Assembly: GCA_032718475.1 (NCBI GenBank)
Contig: JAUCBJ010003901.1
Location: 5,531-69,530, forward strand
DNA length: 64,000 nucleotides
Direction of reading: 5' to 3'
From: Nemertoderma westbladi
Lineage: Eukaryota; Animalia; Xenacoelomorpha
The translations under genes and the position numbers were made by a program. Position 1 is the stretch's first letter, and each line of letters starts with the position of its first letter. Positions 56,601 through 64,000 of this stretch are shown here, piece after piece. The notes under the pieces were generated by a model, which did no database searches, was not told the DNA's origin, and saw only the letters and a list, made by a program, of their open reading frames with translations.

Positions 56601-58582
56601 GAAAACTACCCTTGTTTACTTATAGTGTGTTTTTGTTTACAGTGTTCGCCTTAGGCGAGAACTACCCTTGTTTACTTATAGTGTGTTTTTGTTTACAGTG
56701 TTCGCCTTTGGCGAGAACTACCCTTGTTTACTTATAGTGTGTTTTTGTTTTCAGTGTTCGCCTTTGACGAGAACTACCCTTGTTTACTTATAGTGTGTTT
56801 TTGTTTACAGTGTTCGCCTTAGGCGAGAACTACCCTTGTTTACTTATAGTGTGTTTTTGTTTACAGTGTTCGCCTTTGGCGAGAACTACCCTTGTTTACT
56901 TATAGTGTGTTTTTGTTTTCAGTGTTCGCCTTTGACGCGAACTACCCTTGTTTACTTATAGTGTGTTTTTGTTTACAGTGTTTGCCTTTGGCGAGAACTA
57001 CCCTTGTTTACTGATAGTGTGTTTTTGTTTTCAGTGTTCGCCTTTGAGGAGAACTACCCTTGTTTACTTATAGTGTGTTTTTGTTTACAGTGTTCGCCTT
57101 TGGCGAGAACTACCCTTGTTTACTTATAGTGTGTTTTTGTTTACAGTGTTCGCCTTTGGCGAGAACTACCCTTGTTTACTTATAGTGTGTTTTTGTTTTC
57201 AGTGTTCGCCTTTGACGAGAACTACCCTTGTTTACTTATAGTGTGTTTTTGTTTACAGTGTTCGCCTTAGGCGAGAACTACCCTTGTTTACTTATAGTGT
57301 GTTTTTGTTTACAGTGTTCGCCTTTGACGAGAACTACTCTTGTTTACTTATAGTGTGTTTTCGTTTACAGTGTTCGCCTTTGGCGATAACTACCCTTGTT
57401 TACTTATAGTGTGTTTTTGTTTACAGTGTTCGCCTTTGGCGATAACTACCCTTGTTTACTTATAGTGTGTTTTTGTTTTTAGTGTTCGCCTTTGACGAGA
57501 ACTACCCTTGTTTACTTATAGTGTGTTTTTGTTTTGTTTGCCTTTGACGAGAACTACCCTTGTTTACTTATAGTGTGTTTTTGTTTTGTTTGCCTTTGAC
57601 GAGAACTACCCTTGTTTACTTATAGTGTATTTTTGTTTACAGTGTTCGCCTTTGACGAGAACTACGCTTGTTTACTTATAGTGTGTTTTTGTTTTCAGTG
57701 TTCGCCTTTGACGAGAACTACTCTTGTTTACTTATAGTGTGTTTTTGTTTACAGTGTTCGCCTTTGTCGAGAACTACCCTTGTTTACTTATTGTGTGTTT
57801 TTGTTTTGTTTGCCTTTGGCGAGAACTACGCTTGTTTACTGATAGTGTGTTTTTGTTTACAGTGTTCGCCTTTGACGAGAACTACCCTTGTTTTCTTATA
57901 GTGTGTTTTTGTTTGCAGTGTTCGCCTTTGACGAGAACTACCCTTGTTTACTTATAGTGTGTTTTTGTTTACAGTGTTCGCCTTTGACGAGAACTACCCT
58001 TGTTTACTTATAGTGTGTTTTTGTTTTGTTTGCCTTTGACGAGAACTACCCTTGTTTACTTATAGTGTGTTTTTGTTTTGTTTGCCTTTGACGAGAACTA
58101 CCCTTGTTTACTTATAGTGTATTTTTGTTTACAGTGTTCGCCTTTGACGAGAACTACGCTTGTTTACTTATAGTGTGTTTTTGTTTTCAATGTTCGCCTT
58201 TGACGAGAACTACTCTTGTTTACTTATAGTGTGTTTTTGTTTACAGTGTTCGCCTTTGTCGAGAACTACCCTTGTTTACTTATTGTGTGTTTTTGTTTTT
58301 AGTGTTCGCCTTTGACGAAAACTACCCTTGTTTACTTATAGTGTGTTTTTGTTTACAGTGTTCGCCTTAGGCGAGAACTACCCTTGTTTACTTATAGTGT
58401 GTTTTTGTTTACAGTGTTCGCCTTTGGCGAGAACTACCCTTGTTTACTTATAGTGTGTTTTTGTTTTCAGTGTTCGCCTTTGACGAGAACTACCCTTGTT
58501 TACTGATAGTGTGTTTTTGTCTACAGTGTTCGCCTTTGGCGAGAACTACCCTTGTTTACTTATAGTGTGTTTTTGTTTACAG
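32644..58582 (+). other. 25.9-kb GT-AG intron of VMAT made almost entirely of the 56-bp satellite
   Basis: GTGAGT at 32644 and TTTTTGTTTACAG ending at 58582. Joining the flanking exons restores the contiguous VMAT sequence FVSTL-LFAFGENY. Only about 27 nt (32644-32670) is non-repetitive. Confidence 0.9.
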
Positions 58583-58619
58583 TGTTCGCCTTTGGCGAGA
58601 ACTACGCTTGTTTACTGAT
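32671..58619 (+). repeat. 56-bp satellite array (roughly 460-470 monomers) derived from the VMAT acceptor/exon junction; consensus GTGTGTTTTTGTTTACAG|TGTTCGCCTTTG(G/A)CGAGAACTAC(C/G)CTTGTTTACT(T/G)ATA
   Basis: Continuous 56-bp periodicity with 52-bp variants that lack ACAG. The last monomer is the functional acceptor plus the codons for (L)[12 protein letters not shown] and runs into unique exon sequence at 58620. Confidence 0.99.
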
Positions 58620-58759
58620 CGCTCGAATGCTCCAGGGTATCGGTAGTTCCTGCAGCAGTGTCAGCGGAATGGGAATGTTGGCGGCCCGATACCCTGACGA
58701 CCAGGAACGTGGCAACGCCATGGGATTCGCTTTAGGGGGTCTGGCTCTGGGCGTCCTGA
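58583..58759 (+). CDS. VMAT: Internal 177-nt coding exon of VMAT: (L)[58 protein letters not shown]
   Basis: Contains the VMAT-type signature [21 protein letters not shown]...DDxERGNxMGxALGGLAxGVL. Acceptor TTTACAG ends at 58582 and donor GTAAGT starts at 58760; phase 1/1. Confidence 0.97.
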
Positions 58760-58879
58760 GTAAGTTCAAACTGTTTCTGTTCTTATTGTGTTATTGTTGT
58801 TATTTTTTGTGCGGTGGGTCAGGTGTCCTCAGTAAGTTATTCTAACTATTATATTCATTAACATTTTGTTGTGTTTCAG

Positions 58880-58969
58880 TTGGGCCACCGTTTGGAGGAG
58901 TAATGTATCAATTTGTTGGAAAAAGTTCCCCATTTATTGTTTTGGCTCTCCTGGCATTAGGCGATGGAT
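58880..58969 (+). CDS. VMAT: Internal 90-nt coding exon of VMAT: (I)[29 protein letters not shown]
   Basis: Acceptor GTGTTTCAG ends at 58879 and donor GTAAGT starts at 58970. A|TT gives Ile, continuing GVL-IGPPFGG, and the peptide matches the conserved GPPFGxxxYxFVGKxxPFxxLA..L.DG segment. Confidence 0.96.
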
Positions 58970-59449
58970 GTAAGTTTGAACTACATTATCATTTACATTA
59001 CTTTATCATTATTCTAAGACTATATATTATAGAATTGAGTTCACTAGTACACTCTACCAACTACACACGTTCGTGGGGCCATCGCGCAGGACGAGGCTCA
59101 GTTATTAGATACAGATTAAAATTGAGCCGTTCTACCCCAAAATTGGTACTTAAGAAATTTAAATAAATAATTAAGAAAATTTAACCAAACTTTTACTTAA
59201 AAAAAAACTTTCGCATTGGCAGCTTGGCATCGATGCCATAGAAGTCCACAGTCAAACTACTCAAAAAAAATCAATGCATTCTTCAGACCTCGGGTCTCGC
59301 TCATCGGTTAGTCCAGTTTGCCCGTAGCGCTAGCGCAGTAGCGATACCAAAAGTCGAGGTCGCCAACGACACTGCGACAGGCAGAGGCGGTTACCTTGAT
59401 GGCGAGTTGGTACCTTAGGTGGTATATAATTAATCGTTCCCCTGTGTTT

Positions 59450-60675
59450 AAAATATCCCACAAGAAATGAAAACAAATACGTTGGTGCCAGTTCCCAAGA
59501 AGGGCAACCTAACACTCTATGGTTCTTTTCGGGGAATCTCATTGATCTCGATAGCTGCAAAGCTATACAATAGAATTATATTAAATCGCACCAGGGATCC
59601 CATTGAGAGACTGCTCCGTGGAAATCAGAATGGGTACCGTAAAGGTCGTGGGACCATGGAGCCCGTTTTGGCACTTAGAAGGATAATGGAAGAGTTATCA
59701 AAAAAGAAAGACAGGCATCTGGCTGTTATCTTTGATGACTTCTTAAGGCCTTTGATTCAGTCTCTCGCTCACGTATGTTCAGCATACTTTCATTATATGG
59801 GATTCCTGATGAAATTATTGCAGCAATCAGATCAGTATACGATGGTTCGACAACATTTGTGTCTACTGTTGACGGTGACACAGAACCATTTTAAGTGTTA
59901 TAGGGCGTCCTCCAGGGAGACACACTTGCACCATTCTTGTTCATAATTGTTGTTGACTATGTACTACGCATGTCCTTAGTTCATCATAATGATGATGGGG
60001 TGATGATAACTCCACCTACTGGCTCCAGAAGTCGAGGAAATCCTGCCAAGTACCTAACTGATCTAGACTTTGTTGATGACTTAGGAGTACTCTCAGAATC
60101 ACTAGAAGAGGGAGCCCAACGGCTCCTCAGCTCATTAGAACATGCTGCTACTAGTGTTGGTCTTTTTATTAATTCCAGAAAGACCAAAGAATTAATCGGA
60201 AACTTAAGGTCCGATTATTTAGAGCAGCAGTAGTTACAGTACTCCTCTATGGGAGTCCAGGCTGGGCTCTAACTGCTGAGGACTCCAAATCTCTGGATAG
60301 CACATTCACAAGAATGCTACGCCGGGTTCATTGTGTCAAGTACAATGCACACATCTCCAACCAGACACTATATAACATTGGAGGTGTCTCATTGGTTCCC
60401 CAAGCTTGACACTAGAACAAAATCGCCTCCGCTTTGCGGGACATTGCTTTCGCCGTGAGGACCAGCCAGTGCATAATCTTGTACTTTGGCAGCCTCATGG
60501 AGTGAATAAGCATGGTGGACAGCCCATGACTTTCTTGAGACGCATCTTAAAGGACACTGGCCTTGAAGGTGCGGATGATCTAGCAAATGTCATGGGTGAT
60601 AGGGAGTTGTGGCGGTGCAATTTTGTCGATAAGCCGGCACAGCATTCTTAAAAATGCAGCTGCAATGCAGCATGC
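59450..60675 (+). mobile_element. Decayed, 5'-truncated non-LTR retrotransposon (LINE, probably RTE-like): reverse transcriptase and C-terminal region
   Basis: Motifs VPVPKKGN..FRGISLISIAAKLYNRI, NQNGYRKGRGT, DF/KAFDSV (frameshifted near 59745), GVLQGDTLAPFLF, DLDFVDDL and RLRFAGHCFR. It carries in-frame stops, frameshifts and an internal deletion. An imperfect ATGCAG-like repeat follows the stop at 60651. The clade assignment is by recalled motif similarity only. Confidence 0.9.
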
Positions 60676-60684
60676 CGATCCTAG

Positions 60685-61176
60685 TGTTCATAATTGTGGT
60701 TGACTATGTTCTACGCATGTCCTTAGATCATCATAATGATGATGGGGTGATGATAACTCCACCTACTGGCTCCAGAAGTCAAGGAAATCCTGCCAAGTAC
60801 ATAACTGATCTAGACTTTGCTGATGACTTAGGAGTACTCTCAGAATCACTAGAGGGAGCCCAACGGCTCCTCAGCTCATTAGAACATGCTGCTTCTAGTG
60901 TTGGTCTTTTTATTAACTCCAGAAAGACCAAAATTTTGACAGTTAACTTTGAAAGTCCTCAGCAAGTCTCTGACCGGATGAGCATAAGCTCAAAGGATGG
61001 TATGCTTGAGCATGTGGACGACTTCTGTTACCTGGGATCATGGATCCGGAAGTCAGGTGAGGATCTTCGAATACGTAAGGGAAAGGCATGTGCAGCCTTG
61101 AATAGGCTTTCCAGGATTTGGAAGTCACCGAGAATTAATCGGAAACTTAAGGTCCGATTATTTAGAGCAGCAGTAG
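60685..61176 (+). mobile_element. Second partial copy of the same LINE RT region (DLDFADDL ... VDDFCYLGSWI ... LSRIWKS ... KLKVRLFRA)
   Basis: Near-identical to 59938-60233 but retains about 200 bp (60932-61130) that is missing from the first copy. Confidence 0.9.
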
Positions 61177-61699
61177 CACTGTACCACTGTAACAGTACCG
61201 GTACCGTACCATAAAACATATGTTTAATAAGATTAAGGTACCATACCGATACATGATATGGCTGAATATTGCGATATCGCAATTCAAACATCACTCAGGC
61301 AATTGCAGGACTCCCGACCCTACCGCACGTACCAATACTCAGATAATGCAGTAGCAGTACCTACTGACAGACTGACTACCAGCCTAGAAAGCTAGGCCTA
61401 CCACATACATCAACAGCAGTGAGCAGTACCGGTACTGAGTACAGGCATCTCATGGTACCGGTGTCGTACTCTGAACTCTGCAATCTGGAAATGCTGGAAT
61501 GGCTGAAAGTGAAATAGGCCTACCACACTTCCCAAGGTCACATTATTGCTGCATTGTACACGTATTGCTTTATTTCAAACCCACCTGATATATCCTGCAG
61601 TCTCCTAGCAACCAGCTGATGCCAAGCCTAATAATTTTCGGATAGATAAATTTTATTATAACTGCAAGACAGTTACACAGATGCTGCATGAAGACCCCA

Positions 61700-61915
61700 C
61701 GCAAATTCAACTTGGAAAATTTCTAAACTTTTGCCAGACTACATGTGTACCAAGTTTGGATATATTTTATCGAGATTTGGCTGAGTTATTAACGTTTAAA
61801 ATTGGAAACAACAGATCGACAGAACAACAGATCAACAGAGCAACAGATCGACAGAACAACAGAACTACAGAACAACAGATCAACAGACACACCGATTGAG
61901 TTAGTAGTACCTGTA
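61700..61915 (-). mobile_element. Non-autonomous interspersed repeat (DINE-1/HINE-like architecture) with an imperfect 8-bp (AACAACAG/ATCGACAG) tract at about 61807-61887
   Basis: Core 61720-61757 is the reverse complement of 63184-63221 at 36/38 nt, and a microsatellite-like tract lies next to the core. The family assignment and outer limits are inferred. Confidence 0.5.
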
Positions 61916-61959
61916 TTTTAAGCTCGCTTACTTTCCTCCCTCGCCCCACATGGTCTCAG

Positions 61960-62139
61960 GAATTCGTAGCCCGCGAGTATTCTTAGCCCGTGGGAATTCT
62001 TAGCCCGTGGGTATTCTTAGCCCGCAAAAAAATAATGTTTATTGTTTTGGTTCCCCCAATACGCATCTGAAACCTGCACCTTTATTAACCTGCTCCTTTA
62101 CTAACTCGCGGGCTAAGAATACTCGCGGGCTAAGAATTC
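61960..62139. repeat. ~180-bp fold-back/MITE-like element whose arms are 17-bp tandem units
   Basis: The left arm GAATTCGTAGCCCGCGAGTATTCTTAGCCCG... (about 3.5 units) is the reverse complement of the right arm CTCGCGGGCTAAGAATACTCGCGGGCTAAGAATTC (about 2 units). No target-site duplication was seen. Confidence 0.7.
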
Positions 62140-62544
62140 ACCCAACCCTACACATTGCTGCATTGGTACCAGTATTATACGTTGCCGTCGCTTATCACAT
62201 TGTAAGCTGATATTTAATTTGTCCATACTAATCACTCTTACATTATGTAAATGACCCGTACGCCCCTTTGTATTCATAAATAAAGCTCTGTAAGTTGTCT
62301 AGAGTTACCTTATCAAGCATCAGTTTACTGACTTATAAATTACAGATACATTTAGGTTTTCCACCTAAGTGTATAGAAGCAACAACGATTAACATAATAT
62401 GTTACTGACGTAATTGACCGTGGATTGACTTAGGCTGAGATCATTAAATTGTGATTTTGTAAAAGGCGACGAACTTTATACATGTATTTGTTTTTTCTGT
62501 GAAATATAACAATCATTCAAATTTGCAAGAAATATCCCCTCTAA

Positions 62545-62990
62545 AATATGGGTTCGGAGGTCTGGTGAAAATTCGCAAACGTGAAGGCCTGGTCTGCTAC
62601 CTGTCACATATCCAGGATCTAAAAGAGCTGTGATTTATATATGTGCTGTTTAAATGAACGCCTTTACCGTGCAGTAGTGTTAGTGTAGCATTATTGTGAT
62701 ACTCTATGGCAGTCCATCCTGGGCTCTGACTGTTGAGTAACTGCTGTCTCTGGATTGTACATATACCAGGTTGCTGCACAGGATGCACACAACCTTGCCT
62801 ATGGTACACACGTCATAAGCAATGATGTGTTATACAACTAATACAACATATCATAGCCAAGACCCAGCATTACCCTGTAGAGAGGCCACCAAAATCTTGC
62901 AGGACACTGTTTCCGCCTGCTGATCTTCACCAATCATTAGTTAATATGGGTCAATGCCAACCATATTGACCCAAGCCGCGAACCTAATTA
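62545..62990 (+). mobile_element. Older, highly degenerate LINE C-terminal fragment related to the element at 59450-60675
   Basis: CTCTATGGCAGTCCATCCTGGGCTCTGACTG..TCTCTGGAT (about 62702-62755) resembles CTCTATGGGAGTCCAGGCTGGGCTCTAACTG..TCTCTGGAT (about 60245-60298). GCAGGACACTGTTTCCGC (AGHCFR) near 62900 parallels 60435. Boundaries are approximate. Confidence 0.7.
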
Positions 62991-63039
62991 CGTGCTCGTT
63001 TTGGCCATTAAAATTACACTTCAGGTGCTAAACGAATAA

Positions 63040-63260
63040 TATCCTTGCGTTGTGGGGCGAGCCACGAAGTGAGCGAAACCTTAGCATATGGGTGCCATTA
63101 ACGAGTTGTCTGTCGTCGTCTGTCGTCGTCATCGTAAATTTTTGATCGCTAATAACTCAGTCATTCCTTGATGAAACTAAACGAAACTTGGTACATATGT
63201 AGTCCGGCAAAAGTTTAGAAAGAATCGAAAGTTTGGTAAAAAAAACGAACGAACGCAACT
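63040..63260 (+). mobile_element. Non-autonomous interspersed repeat related to 61700-61915, in the opposite orientation, with a (GTC)n tract
   Basis: A (GTC)n/CTGT tract at about 63107-63135 is followed by TAATAACTCAG-N23-AAACTTGGTACATATGTAGTCCGGCAAAAGTTTAGAAA. The same motifs and spacing occur on the - strand at 61720-61791. Confidence 0.5.
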
Positions 63261-64000
63261 AGTTTACAATGGATACGAGTATCCATCTGCCATAAATCTG
63301 CAGTTACTCTGACATTTTCGAGACTTTGCATAGTTATAAAGGTCGTTAGTCTCCGTTTAAAAAAATTATTTTGAGACAAAACAGGACGAGCGCAACGAGG
63401 CTAATGAAGGAGAAGAGTATTGTAAAACTAAAAATGTCATACTTAACTTAACTTGTGTAAGGGCAAACTGAAATGGATCTCTGTTTTTACAACTAGTTTA
63501 TCACAAACTGATAGCATCGCCTTCACTCATATATATTTTGGGAAAGACTGTTTTCTTATATCTAATAGAGATTAGTATAATGTACTTTCTAATATAGGCT
63601 CTCGTACTGCGCGAAGGTCCCACGAACGTGTATAATTACTGTGGACCCATAAACATACCTTCGTTGTAAATTTGAGGTATCAGAAATAAAATTTATTTTG
63701 ACACACAACATATTGCGGCGACCACAAAATAAGCATTCACGCAAGCAAATGCGACAAATTAGCCTGTTAGTTTGTATAATGCCCCGCCAGCTGAATAGCT
63801 CTTTCCAGTGAACTCACTGCTATGATAGGTGGGGGGCCAGCTGATTGAATTGTAAGCACTGGGCCGTTCAAATGTTTATAGGTTGATGATAATGAATGCG
63901 AACTAACACTACGTTTGTCTATATGGACGGTCTCCTTAAAGCCAGCCAGCTCGCTGGCTTTTCTAGTTGAATCATAGAAACTGGAGTAGATTGGGGGAAC

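Noticed and set aside
32688-58582. Dscam-like array of mutually exclusive alternative exons
   Set aside because: The copies hold only 37-38 of the 177 exon nt and lack the conserved remainder and the GTAAGT donor, so they cannot replace the exon.
1-58619. CRISPR array, telomeric repeat or centromere
   Set aside because: There are no unique spacers and no short G-rich telomeric unit. The context is spliceosomal introns of an animal gene. Centromere function cannot be inferred from sequence.
58583-58969. Vesicular acetylcholine transporter (SLC18A3) as the gene identity
   Set aside because: [17 protein letters not shown] is the VMAT-type sequence; VAChT has QGxGSAFADTxG at this position.
59225-59238. 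14-bp palindrome TGGCATCGATGCCA
   Set aside because: Isolated, with no supporting structure; probably a repeat remnant or chance.
59330-62809. Short minus-strand ORFs and the ORFs at 61681-62210
   Set aside because: They are antisense to LINE fragments or overlap simple and inverted repeats, with no recognisable protein motifs.
58970-64000. Next VMAT exon (expected to begin xLQLxxLQP)
   Set aside because: No AG-flanked, phase-compatible match was found by eye. MQLQ at 60654 is the LINE tail. The exon probably lies beyond the window.

Overview
Animal (probably protostome invertebrate) genomic DNA, not prokaryotic. About 58.5 of the 64 kb is two different tandem-repeat arrays: a 54-bp satellite (1-32552) and a 56-bp satellite (32671-58619). 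Both lie in introns of a + strand vesicular monoamine transporter gene (VMAT/SLC18A). Three internal exons are visible (32585-32643, 58583-58759, 58880-58969). They have GT-AG borders and compatible phases, and splice to ..(R)[108 protein letters not shown].. The main observation is that the 56-bp monomer is the gene's own 3' splice site plus the first 37 nt of the downstream exon. The 26-kb intron is therefore roughly 460-470 copies of its own acceptor/exon junction, and only the last copy continues into the real exon. The 59-nt exon is missed by the ORF track and sits on a ~120-bp unique island between the two arrays. The last 5 kb is intronic and holds decayed non-LTR retrotransposon fragments, an inverted pair of related interspersed repeats and a small fold-back element. 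Nearly all ORFs in the supplied track are satellite translation artefacts. Copy numbers are estimates from length divided by unit size.
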